A stretch of 64,000 nt of DNA from an uncultured delta proteobacterium (GTDB lineage Bacteria > Desulfobacterota > BSN033 > UBA1163). The translations under genes and the position numbers were made by a program. Positions within the stretch are counted from its first letter, which is position 1, and every line of letters begins with the position of its first letter. Positions 38,620 to 49,791 of the stretch are shown here, in pieces. The stretch lies in the NCBI GenBank assembly GCA_963731045.1, contig CAVSVC010000022.1:2113-66112 (forward strand). Direction: 5' to 3'. The notes beneath the pieces are model-generated. The model saw nothing but the letters and a program-made list of their open reading frames with translations. It was not told where the DNA came from and made no database searches.

Positions 38620-40450
38620 CTACGGGATTTCGCCTTTATCCGCCTTGTCGGCCTTCAGTTTCTTTCGTAAGGCCGTCGTCGCCTTAGGATCCACTTCAGA
38701 TCCGTTCCCTTCTTGAACACAACACCATATGCCTTGTTCGCCTTTTCAGGGGAGATATACCGATTGAGGACATCCCACCGGACCTTCTGGACATCCCGCT
38801 GCAGGGGATCTCCGACACCGCCGCCTCCGCCCGATTTGCTCCAGAGGATATCGCCGGGTTGAACGTACTGAACGTCATTGCAGCGCAGCTTTTCTTTCTT
38901 TCCTTTCCGGATGATGCCCAGCTGGTGTTTCTTTCCTTCGGTCCCTCCCAGCAATCCCAGGCGCCGAACTTCTCTCCGTCGGAATTGCCCGTCATCACGA
39001 CACAATCATGGGCCTGCCAGACCTTGCGATCGTAGGTATTCAGGATCTCCCAGTGGACACCCGTTGCCGCCCCGCCATTTCCCGTCACCTGCTGAGTCCG
39101 TGATGAACTCGTGACGCAACCATCGATACGGAGTCTCCCATTCCTCCGGTTCTATCGGCGCCCTCAGAGACCCGCCCGCTCCGAGAACCCAGCAGAGTCC
39201 ATCCCAGCCGTCGTAGCCATAGATGGCCCCCATCGAACCATCCCCGTGAAAGGGGGCCGTCCAGTAAAGCTGGGGGGATTTGGTTCGCGGGATCAACGAG
39301 GTCCCGACGCCTCCCGGTGATAATGGGATTCAGGTGCCGCGCCCAGAGGGCGGAAGTATCCTTCGGAACCACCTGGCCCAGGGCCACCTGGACACATTCC
39401 GTAACATGCGTCCCCAGCGTGGGGGCCTGGGCCCCGCTGGTTGCCGGATAAATCGGGTCGAGGACCGATCCCTCCTTGGTTAGAATCGTGAGGCAATTCA
39501 TCAACCCCTGGTTCCGCGGGGTTTGCGGAGGAAGGGACCATGCCACTGCAGTCACGATGGCTGCCCGGGTCTGGCCCTGTGGGCAATTGATAAAATCAAC
39601 CTGGGCGTCGCTCTCCCTAAAGTCCAAGATCAGTTGCCCCTCCTCGGGCTTGACGGTCATGGTCAAGCCTCACCCAGACCGGCTTATCCACGGTTCCGTC
39701 CCAGTCCGCAGCCCGTTCGGCCCGGTAGGTACCCGCCCGCCACGTCGAAATGACCTTCCTCACCGATTCCTCCGTCCGGCTTGACGATCTCGTTGCAGGC
39801 CTCCAGCACCGTCTCCTTTCCGTAACTCTTCACCAGCTCGAGCAACCTCTTCTCGGCCATCTTCATGGAGGCATAGGTCAGCAGGCAGTCGGCACGGACC
39901 ATGGTGGATCCCCTCGAACGTTGCGCAGGATGACTGACAGGACCTTTTCATCAATCTTCCCCCGCTCGATCAGCTTCACGGGCGGAATCATGATCCCCTC
40001 CCCATGGCAGTCATAGGTCCGGGGATAATAGCAGCCCTGGTACGAGCCGCCCGCATCGTACTGATGGGTTCTCATGAAATGATAGAACACCAGTTCCCCT
40101 TCAAAGAAGATGGGCCGAATGAAGGAGAAATCCGGGGCATGGCCGAACTTCACGATAAAGGGGTCGTTGGCCACGATGAAGTCATCCTCGTGGATATTCT
40201 CCCGGCCGATATAATCCAGCATCCCCTTCAGACAGACATCCGACCCGGCGGTGTGGACGGGCATCCAGTTGCCGATGGTAATGGTCCGCTCATTCCGGTC
40301 AAACAGGGCCGTGCCAATGTCCCGGATATGGGCCGTTGCAAAGGAGAAGCACTGACGGAATAGCCTGAACCCGAGTTCCTGATTCTGGGAATTCAAGCGG
40401 CCTTCGATGATCGATAGCGTCAAGGGATCAATGGGTTTGCTCGTGCTCAT
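38620..40450 (-). pseudogene. hyuB: Hydantoinase B / oxoprolinase family subunit (HyuB), at least five frameshifts
   Basis: Starts MSTSKPIDPLTLSIIEGRLNS..RDIGTALFD. Later blocks fall in shifting frames: MVRADCLLTYASMKMAEKRLLEL, TVKPEEGQLILDFRESDAQV, CPQGQTRAAIV, YGYDGWDG, DSAGDGKWRGG.G, SGGGGGVGDPLQRD, ending ..KADKGEIP* at 38620. Confidence 0.8.
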
Positions 40451-42527
40451 GATGACCTCCTTATGCTCATGATATAGTTATGATAGGCATCGACCGTCAG
40501 TTCGGTTCCCTTCGGTACGACGATGGTCGTCGTCGGATCCTCCACGATCGCCGGCCCATCGATCACGTTCCCATGCTTCAGCCGATTCGCATCGTAACAG
40601 GGTGTTTCGGCGAATCCCCCAAGTTCTTTAAAGTAGACCTGCCTCTTCCTTTTGAAAGCCCCTGAGGCATCTCTTCCCATGTCCGGCTGTTTGATCAGCT
40701 CAACCGGACGCCTCACGCCGATCGCCCTGACCTTCAGCGTCGAGATGGCCACCGCCATGGCCGGGTCGGACCACCCGTAGATCGCCTGGTGTCTTGCGTG
40801 GAATTCCGCTGATCAAATCCTTCAGGGTCTGATCCGTAAAGGGTTCTCCTCTCCGGTTTTCCGGCAGGAAGATGACGATATCACGAAGTTGTCCGAGGTA
40901 TCGCATCTCAGCGCCCCGCACCAGTTTCATATCTCTCTCCGGGGAGGCCCTGTTTCGCCAGGGTATCGACCCCTTCGCTTTCCAGCGAGTCATACCAGCC
41001 CTTCATATCCTCTACACGAAGTTGATCTTCGCCCCGGTAGATACAGAGGTTCAGAATATATTCGTAGTTGGCCAGCGCCGCTCCAAGGGCGCAGAAGGCC
41101 GCAGCCTGTCTCGGAATGTAGATCTGCGAGATCCCCAGGCGGGATGCGATCGCAGCGGCATGGACCGGACCGGCCCCTCCGCCGGCAATCAGGGTAAAGT
41201 CCCGCGGATCGAGCCCCCTTTCCACCGCACTGAGAAAGATCCCCTGAGCCATGTTGTCCTCAACGAGAGCGGCAACGGCATGGGCAGCGGAAACCACATC
41301 CAGATTCAATGGCTTTGCAACCTTCTTCTCCATCGCATCCTTGGCCAACCCGGCATCCAGTGTGATGGTCCCACCGAGGAAAAAGTCAGCGGGAATGTAT
41401 CCCAGAATCACATCCGCATCCGTGACCGTCGGATCCTGGCCGCCCTTCCGGTAGCACGCCGGTCCGGGATCGGCCCCGGCGCTCGACGGACCCACCTGAA
41501 GGATGTTTCGAGCGTCGATTCTGGCAATGCTTCCCCCACCCGCCCCGATGCTGCTCACGTCCACGGACTCCAGGGCGTTGATGAAATCGCCTACCCTCAT
41601 TTCCGGGGTGACATGGATGGTGGCCCCCGGAAGCATACTCATATCAAAGGTGGTTCCCCCCATGTCGGCGACGATCACATTCTTAAACCCGCACAGCGTT
41701 GCCAGGAACCGTCCGAGCAAGGGCCCGGCAGCAGGACCCGAGCCAATGAGGAGAGCGGGGTTGTCCAGGCACAACTCCGGAGAGGCTACCCCGCCGATAC
41801 ACGTCGTAAACAGGTAGGTCCCTGCGAACTGACCGCACTTCAGCTCTTCACTCAGACTCTCGATGAAACGGGCCACCACGGGTTTCACGGATCCCGCAAT
41901 CATGGCGGTGCTCAGGCGGTCCCACTCCATCCAGCGCCGCAGGATATGGGATGAGAGCACTACATTCGGGTACTCTTTCTTTATGATCTCCCCTGCCTTT
42001 TCCTCATGCGCCGGGTTGATGTAGGAGTGAAGAAAGCAGACGACAGGCACCTCGACGCCCTGCTGTTTGGCTTTCTTGACCGCGTCGCGCACATCCTTTT
42101 CGTTGAGCGGGGTCACAATCTCTCCGTTGAACTGGATCCGTTCCTCGACTCCGAAACGCAGATAGCGCGGAATAAAACTCTCCGGTGCGGGTAGTTTGAG
42201 ATTGTAGATTTCATCCTTGGGAATCCGCCGGCCCAATTCCGGGATATCCCTGAAACCCTTGGTGTAGATCAGGCAGCACTTTGCCCCTTTCTTCTCCACC
42301 ACCGTGTTTGTCGGAAACGTCGTGCCGATCACGATGGTCGTCGTATCTTTCAGCAGGTCCTGCGTCGTACACGCGCGCTGCTCGGCAAACCGTTCAATGC
42401 AGCCCATGATGCCGAGGGACGGATTGGCGTGGTCCGTAGGGACTTTCGCCATGAAAATTCGCCGATCGTCGTCTATCAGTATTGCATCCGTAAACGTTCC
42501 ACCGGTGTCCACAACGATTTCGTACAT
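40447..42527 (-). pseudogene. hyuA: Hydantoinase A / oxoprolinase family subunit (HyuA), two frameshifts near the 3' end
   Basis: Track ORF 40908..42527 (MYEIVVDTGGTFTDAIL..ADMGGTTFD..GAGGGSIA) is followed by 40700..40993 and 40447..40758 (..VEDPTTTIVVPKGTELTVD). The stop overlaps the hyuB ATG as ATGA. Confidence 0.85.
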
Positions 42528-42638
42528 ACGCCCTCCTTCCGAAGATCTTTGATTTTATGAAAGAAGCAAGCTCGAATGGCACGAATAATCGCTAAAGAGC
42601 CGAGCTTATTAAAGGTATCGGCGCTCTGAAGTTTAGAA

Positions 42639-42667
42639 AAATTAGCACGTCAAAAAATGGAAGTCAA
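42639..42667 (-). promoter_or_regulatory. Candidate sigma70 promoter heading the ~23-kb minus-strand array
   Basis: On the minus strand: TTGACT (42667-42662), a 17-nt spacer, then TAATTT (42644-42639). It lies about 110 nt upstream of the hyuA ATG in an AT-rich divergent region. Confidence 0.3.
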
Positions 42668-42820
42668 GAGAAAAGTGATAAATAGACAAGAATTTGCCAA
42701 ATAAAGACTTTTCTTGACTTTATTCAGCATTCGTGTCATTTTTCTCTCTAAACGGGCGGAAAGAGAAAGGATCTCAGTGTCTCATCCTGGCTAACCTGGA
42801 ATTCTTTAACGAGGTCTTTC

Positions 42821-43423
42821 ATGAAGACTTTGAATGTGCAATCAAGAGAGAAAATTCGGTATCTTCGCAAGAAACTGGGAATGACGCTGAAGGACCTGGC
42901 GGAGAACATCCAATGCTCGGCAGGCTACCTCAGCCGTATCGAAACCGGTGTCGTGAACCCCTCACTGGCGACGTTGATGAATATTGCCGACGCCCTGGGG
43001 GTCACCGTCGAGGAGCTCTTTCACCATCAAGAACCTGAAAGAAGATTTCTCCCTGCCGTCATGCATTCCCAAGAGAGAAAGACCCTCTACCTCAAGGGAG
43101 GGATCCAGATCCAGCTCCTGACACGGGGTGTCAATTCGCCTTTTGAGTTTCTCATGCTCAGGTTTCCACCGGGCGCAACGGACGGAATCGGCGTGACCGC
43201 AAATCATGAAGAGACCGACCTGCACACCCATGAGGGGAATGAATGCGGGCTGGTGATTCAAGGCAATCTGGATGTGCATGTCGACGATAAGGTCTATCGC
43301 CTGAAAACGGGCGATACCATCACCTTCTATTCCGACTCCCCCCACAAGTTATCCAACAGTGGAGACGAGGAGGCCGCAGCAGTCTGGGTGGATTCGAAAC
43401 CGTTCATCTTTTCCATGATTTGA
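42821..43423 (+). CDS. XRE-family HTH regulator with a C-terminal cupin sensor domain
   Basis: Intact 200-aa ORF. The HTH reads IRYLRKKLGMTLKDLAENIQCSAGYLSRIETG and the cupin reads HTHEGNECGLVIQGNLDVHVD..GDTITFYSDSPHKL. It is divergent from hyuA. Confidence 0.85.
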   Translation: MKTLNVQSREKIRYLRKKLGMTLKDLAENIQCSAGYLSRIETGVVNPSLATLMNIADALGVTVEELFHHQEPERRFLPAVMHSQERKTLYLKGGIQIQLLTRGVNSPFEFLMLRFPPGATDGIGVTANHEETDLHTHEGNECGLVIQGNLDVHVDDKVYRLKTGDTITFYSDSPHKLSNSGDEEAAAVWVDSKPFIFSMI

Positions 43424-43505
43424 GGGGATGAAGCATTTTCGGCACTCGCCATCCAATGCCCAGCCCCCTCTCAATCCGACCTCTTCCACAATCTCCTTGC
43501 AGCCG

Positions 43506-44522
43506 TTAAAGCGGCAGTTCCTTGCTGATGGCTGCCACCTTCGCTCTGTCAATCACGCTCAGGCCGGCCTTCGAAAGAAGCTCATACAGCTTCTCGACTT
43601 CTTCCTTTCTCGGCTTGGGCATGGGAGGCCGCATGAAGGGATTCGAGATAAAACCCCTGAGCCAGGCACCCACTTTGTATCGAATATGTAAACGCGAAAA
43701 TTCGGAGTAAATATATTCGTGAAGCTCCGCCTGTCCGGCGTTCCAGAGCCGCCGGGCCTCATCAATGTCCTTTCTGCGCCACGCAAGAATAAGGTCGATC
43801 ATCCCTTCGAGCCCGTAGTTGAAAGATCCGGTCACCGTCCCGTCAAACATCTCAGCGGCAAGATTCTCATGGAAATAGATCGACGAAGCGGCGAGGACAG
43901 CCACACGGCGATCCATCTTCCTGAGGGCCCGCGAGACGATCCGGTAGCCCGTATAATTGTAGGTCATCTTCCAGCCGATGATGTTCTTAACCTCGCTGCA
44001 CATCTTCAGCACAACCTCCACGGGCAGTCCCTGGCCGTAGGCAATGCTGTCGGTGCATGTGGGGTGAACGATCATGGGCATCTCCCCCACCGCCTTCACG
44101 ACCTCCTTTGCCAGGTCAACCATGACTTCAGGGTATTTGGCCGCATTCCACGTCGTCGTCACATCCCCGGCACCGATGGGCGGGATCAGGAACACCCCGT
44201 CTACGCCTGCTTTCTTGGCGTCCAGTGCCACCTGCACCGTCCCTGCGGTCGTCACATCACTGACGCCGGCAAAGACCGGAACTCTTCCCTTCACTTCTTC
44301 GAGGGTGATTTCAACATTTCTTCTCTTCTCTTCCCGGGTAAGATAGAAAATCTCGCCGGCTTCCGGGTTGATGATGATTCCCATCCCTGCCTCAACGTAC
44401 TTCGGCTGAAGGAAAAGCCGTATCAGATTTCTCAGCTGGGTCTCATCAATGTCAAACGAATTGTCCTTATAAGGGGTTAACAATGCCACATACAGTCTTT
44501 CATACTTCTTTCCGTCTATCAT
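43506..44522 (-). CDS. DapA/NanA-like class I (Schiff-base) aldolase family protein
   Basis: Intact 338-aa ORF with LYVALLTPY, GIIINPEAGEIFYLTREEKR, VFAGVS and GVDGVFLIPP. A Lys lies in the expected strand (IIGWKMTY). Confidence 0.75.
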   Translation of the reverse strand: MIDGKKYERLYVALLTPYKDNSFDIDETQLRNLIRLFLQPKYVEAGMGIIINPEAGEIFYLTREEKRRNVEITLEEVKGRVPVFAGVSDVTTAGTVQVALDAKKAGVDGVFLIPPIGAGDVTTTWNAAKYPEVMVDLAKEVVKAVGEMPMIVHPTCTDSIAYGQGLPVEVVLKMCSEVKNIIGWKMTYNYTGYRIVSRALRKMDRRVAVLAASSIYFHENLAAEMFDGTVTGSFNYGLEGMIDLILAWRRKDIDEARRLWNAGQAELHEYIYSEFSRLHIRYKVGAWLRGFISNPFMRPPMPKPRKEEVEKLYELLSKAGLSVIDRAKVAAISKELPL

Positions 44523-44552
44523 CTTCCTCTCCTTTCTATCGAAGGTATTCTC

Positions 44553-45486
44553 TCAGGAAACCTTCATCGTCCCGACGAGATCGGTGATCCTCTCAATCCG
44601 GTTCTTGATCAGATAGCCCTTGATCCCTTCCAGGATCTTGACCATGCATTGTCGGATCGACGAAGTTGGCGATGCCCACCTGGACGGCCGATGCCCCCGC
44701 GATAAAGTACTCGATTGCATCCTCCGCAGAGGTGACGCCTCCTCCGCCGATGATCGGGATCTTCACCGCCTGCGCAGCCTGCCAGGCCAGTTTCAGTGTG
44801 ATAGGCTTCATCCATGGCCCGCCCACGGAGGCCAGCAGGTTCCTGCCGAGTTTGGACCTGCGCGTATGAATGTCGATCGTCATACCCATGACCGCATAGA
44901 TCGGACAGATGGCATCCGCGCCGGCCTCTTCGCATACCTTGGCCAGCAGGGTCACATCGGTGATCGTGGGGGACAGTTTCGCAATGACCGGAAGCCTGGT
45001 CGTTTCCCGGACCGCCTTGACCACCTGAAACGTAGCGTCCCGGTCCGCACTGAACTGGAGCCCTCCCCCTTTCACATTGGGACAGGCCAGATTGACTTCG
45101 ATTCCGCCAATCCCATCTGCCTGGTTCAGCACTTCCGTAATCCTGACAAATTCTTCGGCCGTCTCGCCGGCGATATTCACGATCACCGGTGATTTGAATT
45201 TCCGGAGTAGCGGGAGTTTGTCCCTGACGAAAAGTTCCACGCCCACGTTCTGGAGGCCGATCGTGCTGATCTCCGCACATCCGGCAATCTCCGTAAACCG
45301 ATGGGGAAAATTGCCCAGCCTCGGATGGAGCGTGGTCCCCTTGACCACGATCGCCCCCAGATCATCGAGGTTCAGAAAATCGCTGAATTCAACGCCGTAT
45401 CCGAACGTTCCGGAAGAAGGCATCACCGGGTTCTTCAACTTCAATTTTCCAAGATTGACTGACAGATCCACCATTCTCTCACTCAT
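44553..45486 (-). pseudogene. Class 1B dihydroorotate dehydrogenase-like catalytic subunit (PyrD-B family), C-terminal frameshift
   Basis: Track ORF 44593..45486 carries LKNPVMPSSGTFGYG, IGLQN.G, NLACPN and IIGGGGVTSAEDA. The tail ..MVKILEGIKGYLIKNRIERITDLVGTMKVS* is reached after a slip at about 44650. Confidence 0.85.
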
Positions 45487-46340
45487 CGAATTTCACCTCG
45501 TTGATATCAAAGACAGGCCCGTCCTTACAGACCAGGGCATATCCGAAGTCCTTTTCGGAAACGAACTGAAAGTGCGATGACGCCATGTCCCGGTTCTTTG
45601 AGACGTGATCCGGATCCACCTTACAGATGCAGCCAAGGCAGGCTCCGATGCCGCACAGCATGTGCCTTTCCATCGAGATCTGGGCGGGAATCTCGTGTTT
45701 CCGGCAGATCGGCGCCAGCGCCTTGAGCATGGGTTCCGGGCCCGTGGCGTAAACCGCACAATCCGTCGAGATTCTACCTTTTTCAAGGGCCTCTGCAAGC
45801 ATTTGAGTCACAAAACCATGATAACCATGACGTCCCATCGTCGGTCGAGACCATCACTTCCCCCTGGAGCGATGCATACTCCTTCTTCATCAGGAGCGAC
45901 GTCTTTGTATCGGCCCCCAGCAGAATCTTCAAGGGAAGCCCGGCCTTCGATATTTCTTCGGCAAGCAGAAAGAGGCACGCAACCCCTGTCCCCCCTGCCA
46001 CGATCACCTGGTCCGTCTTCTCCCGGTTCAATTCGAACCCATGTCCCAAAGGTCCGATGATGTCCATCGTATCGCCCCGCTTCAACCCCGTCATCACCCG
46101 GGTCCCGGTACCGATCACTTTGTAAACGATCTCGATCCCGAGACGGCCATCTTTCAGAGCCACCCGTCTGAAGACACTGAAGGGACGCCTGAACAGCGGA
46201 CCGGCTTCTCCTCCGATCTGCACGTGAATAAACTGTCCGGGTTTCACCTCCGAGGCGATTTGAGGCGAATCCAGTACCACCCGCCAGCAGTTTTCCGTCA
46301 CCCGTTTGTTCGAGACGATCCTGGAGATCACCTGGATCAT
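45479..46340 (-). pseudogene. PyrK-like FAD / 2Fe-2S electron-transfer subunit, one frameshift
   Basis: Track ORFs 45783..46340 (RRPFSV..GTGTRVM..VIVAGGTGVA) and 45479..45838 (CGIGACLGCICKV..LVCKDGPVF) join at about 45830. It overlaps the pyrD-like start by 8 nt. Confidence 0.8.
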
Positions 46341-46397
46341 TCACATTCCCCTTTCCATCATTCTGATTGACATCGGCAGTTTACAGACAGACTCGAA

Positions 46398-47902
46398 TTA
46401 GTCTTCCGTGATGACTTTCTTTCGCCTCTTCTGGAGTGCCGGGATCGCGGCGGAGACGACCATAAAGAGGGCAACCAGCAACGCCGCAGCAGAGATCGGA
46501 CGACTTGCAAAGACCTTCATGCTTCCACCTGACATGATCAACGCCTGACGCAGATTCTTCTCCAGCAGAGGGCCCAGCACAAAAGCCATCACCAACGGGG
46601 CCGGTTCGTAGCCCAATTTCTGCACAAGATAACCCAACGCTCCAAAAATCACCATCACGTAAACGTCAAAAACATTGGCACCGGCGCAATAGACCCCGAT
46701 AAGGCAAAAAAGCAGGACTAAAGGGAACAAGGGTCTTATACGGAATCTTCAATATCTTTACCCACATTCCGATCAACGGGAGGTTCAAGGCTAACAGCAT
46801 CGCATTACCGATGTACATACTTGCAACGGTTCCCCAAAATATCTCCGGATGTTCAGTGAAGAGCAGGGGCCCCGGCTGGATGCCATGAAGCATCAATGCC
46901 CCGAGGAGGAGTGCAATAATGACGTTTGGCGGAATACCCAGAGAAAAAAGCGGAATGAAGGCTCCGCTTGAAGCCGCATTGTTGGCCGACTCCGGGCCTG
47001 CGACCCCTTCGATGGCTCCTTTGCCGAATTGTTCAGGGTGTCTCGAAAGCTTCTTCTCCATTGCATACGAGGCAAACGTGGCCAGGATGGTCCCCCCGCC
47101 TGGAAGAATTCCAAGGAAGAACCCGATGAGCGTCCCTCTGCAGATCGGAAAGGCAGACCTTCGCCAGTCCTCTTTGGTGGGGAGTAAACCTTGTGTCTTG
47201 ACCTGAGCAACCGTCCTTGCCGCCACTTTTTCCAGATTGAGAAGGATATCCGAAACCCCGTAAAGGCCCATGACCATAGGGATGAGGCCGACACCGTCGA
47301 GCAATCCATTGAATCCGAACGTGAAGCGGGGCTTTCCTGTTACAATATCCTGCCCTATCAGGCTCAACAGCAACCCAACCCCGGTCATTGCCAATCCTCG
47401 CAGGATGGATCCCTGAGTCAGATAGATCAGAATAGTCATCCCGAGGCACATCAGAGAGAAGTATTCTGTCGGCCCGAATTTCACTGCGATCTCCGCCAGA
47501 GGATTACAGATCAACATCAACCCGACCAACCCAAGGGTCCCTGAGATGAAAGACCCAAATGCCGAAATGCCCAGGGCCGGGCCCGCTCTCCCCTGCAGGG
47601 CCATCTGGTGCCCATCAATACAGGTGACCACCGAGGCAGGTTCGCCGGGAATGTTGACAAGAATCGATGTCGTAGACCCGCCATACATCGCCCCATAGAA
47701 GATTCCTGCCAGCATGATGATGGCGCCGACCGGCGAAATACCATAGGTGACCGGGAGGAGCAATGCCATGGCGCCGGGGGGGCCGATTCCCGGAAGTACA
47801 CCGATCAGAGTTCCGATAAAGACCCCGATGAAACAGAGCAACAAGATTCAGCGGTTGAAGGGCAACACTGAATCCGTAAAAGAGATGGTGAAGGACGTCC
47901 AT
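46398..47902 (-). pseudogene. tctA: Tripartite tricarboxylate transporter large permease TctA, two frameshifts
   Basis: Three pieces: MDVLHHLFYGFSVALQPLNL (47902..), LLCFIGVFIGTLIGVLPGIGP...(46666..47844), and LVLLFCLIGVYCAGANVFDV...(46398..46730). Confidence 0.85.
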
Positions 47903-47908
47903 CAGGTT

Positions 47909-48349
47909 TTACCACCAGGGGAAAATGCCATGAGGCAGCTGTGAGCGAAGCCAGCCCTCGAACACCACGTAAGTGATGCCCGTCGCCGCAAGGGAGGCTA
48001 AAGCACTGAACAATAAGCGGCGCTTTCCTCTATCGTAAAACAGATAGAAGAGCGCCCACATTACCAGAAATGTCGTTATATTGTAGCCCAGGTTTTCGAG
48101 AAACACGCCATACCCGAGAAGAACCGCCACCGTGAAAAGAATCAGGAAGACGGGGGCGCCCCGGAATGCATGAGAAGGAACATGGCCGCCCACACGGGAG
48201 ACCTTGGAGAAGGTTTTCGAAAGGACCATGACCAATCCAAGCGCAAGAAGGAACAACCCCACGATGAAAGCGATGAAACCGGATCCGGGTTCTTGAAACG
48301 ATCCCAACCCGACCCTCCAGCTCAGGATGCAGACGATGACACTCCCCAA
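47909..48349 (-). CDS. tctB: Tripartite tricarboxylate transporter small permease TctB
   Basis: Intact 146-aa, 4-TM ORF located between tctC and tctA. Confidence 0.7.
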   Translation of the reverse strand: MGSVIVCILSWRVGLGSFQEPGSGFIAFIVGLFLLALGLVMVLSKTFSKVSRVGGHVPSHAFRGAPVFLILFTVAVLLGYGVFLENLGYNITTFLVMWALFYLFYDRGKRRLLFSALASLAATGITYVVFEGWLRSQLPHGIFPWW

Positions 48350-48664
48350 GCCAGAAAAACCCTTCTGTCTTCCTGGGCGCGCTCGCAGCCATGGCCTTCT
48401 GTATGTTTACCGGCACGTGCCCCGTAAGCCCCGGTCTTCAGGCCGGGTGAAGGGGCACAATATAAATGAAAGTACCTTACCGGGAAGTCCTTCAAAACAA
48501 TCAGGACCGTCGAACGGCCCCGCCCTTTAAAGGCTGTGTCGCAAGTCCGTTCATGGTTCGACAAGCTTACCACGAATGGAGATGGGCACGTTAAAATTCA
48601 ACTCCTTCGCCGTTCGTCGAAGGACGGACGGCGAATTATGACACAGCCTCTAGGGCGGAGAGCT

Positions 48665-49654
48665 TCACTTTACGAGTCCCTCTTCCTTGAAAAAGGTGAA
48701 CACTTCATCCTTGACCTGAAGATTCGCTCTTTCGATTGTGGCTGCGTCTTGAAAAACGATTGGAACGCCGAGACCGAACACTTTGTTCTTGTATTCCGGC
48801 TGATCAACGATCTTTCGAGTCGCTTCGCTGATCGTCCTGGCCACCTCGTCAGGCAATCCCTTGGGTGCATAGACCGCTTGGGGGTCGGGGGAAGGCGAGT
48901 TGTAACCAAGTTCATTGACCGTAGGGATATCAGGAGCAAATTCGATTCTTTTTTTCGATGCAATCGCAAGGAGCTTGATCTTCTTGCCGTCCGCAAGTGA
49001 TTTTATCGACGCATAGATGGGAGCCGCGAACTGGATATGGTCGCCGAGGAGCGACAGAACTACCTCAGAGTCGCCTTGAAACGGGACATAGACAAGCCCC
49101 AGCTTCTCCTGTTTGTCCAGCATTGCCGCCAGCCTGAAAGGAGGCGTATTCTTGCCGTTGTGTCCAAATTTTGCGCCGGGGTTCTTCTTCGCGAACTCAA
49201 TGACTTCTTTTAAACTGTTCCAGGGTGCTCCCGCTTTGACTGCCACCGCTGTCAGCGCTGCAGTAACCGTACAGACCGGTTTGAAGTCTTTGCTTGAGTA
49301 TGGGGCTTCCATGAAATAGGTGAATACCTCAGGATGGGCCGTATGAAAAGGAAGGTATCCGAACGTATATCCATCCGGTTTTGCAAGAACCACAAAGTTG
49401 CCACCCACTGTGCTGGCCCCCCCTGCCCTGTTGGCCACGACCACAGGCTGCTTCAGGATCTTCTCGAGGGCTTCAGCATAAACACGGGCGGCTAAGTCCG
49501 TGCTTCCGCCGGGCGGATACGGAACGACCAATGTGATGGGACGGTTCGGATAGTCAGCGGCATTCGCTCTGACACCTCCAAAAAAGATCCCGACGCAAAC
49601 CATCAGGATGAAACTGCATGCTGCCGCACCCATTCTCCATTCTTTCGTCTTCAT
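48665..49654 (-). CDS. tctC: Tripartite tricarboxylate transporter substrate-binding protein TctC (Bug family), intact
   Basis: 329-aa ORF with a signal peptide. Motifs seen: YPNRPITLVVPYPPGGSTDLAAR, KPDGYTFGY, VPFQGDSEVV and GKKIKLLAIAS. Confidence 0.9.
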   Translation of the reverse strand: MKTKEWRMGAAACSFILMVCVGIFFGGVRANAADYPNRPITLVVPYPPGGSTDLAARVYAEALEKILKQPVVVANRAGGASTVGGNFVVLAKPDGYTFGYLPFHTAHPEVFTYFMEAPYSSKDFKPVCTVTAALTAVAVKAGAPWNSLKEVIEFAKKNPGAKFGHNGKNTPPFRLAAMLDKQEKLGLVYVPFQGDSEVVLSLLGDHIQFAAPIYASIKSLADGKKIKLLAIASKKRIEFAPDIPTVNELGYNSPSPDPQAVYAPKGLPDEVARTISEATRKIVDQPEYKNKVFGLGVPIVFQDAATIERANLQVKDEVFTFFKEEGLVK

Positions 49655-49791
49655 CTTCTCGCCCTCCTTTTTCTATGAATGGTTCGCGCAGGATATTTGC
49701 GCCCTTAGCAGAGATCAACGGTCGTCGGGCAGGAACCCGAAAACAAGGTAGATTCGTGTTTATATTGTTGCCGGTCGAATTTCTCCGTCCT

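Noticed and set aside
44553-46340. Calling these genes plain housekeeping pyrD/pyrK.
   Set aside because: The family assignment is solid. However, the operon context (a TTT importer upstream and a DapA-like aldolase downstream) and deviating loop residues make a biosynthetic role uncertain. Gene symbols were therefore left empty.
1-48000. Whether the many frame breaks could be programmed frameshifts or additional UGA-Sec codons.
   Set aside because: In every case examined the conserved sequence resumes in a different frame, so these are indels rather than stop read-through. No shared slippery motif was seen. Only the two Grd genes show same-frame continuation after UGA plus a downstream hairpin.
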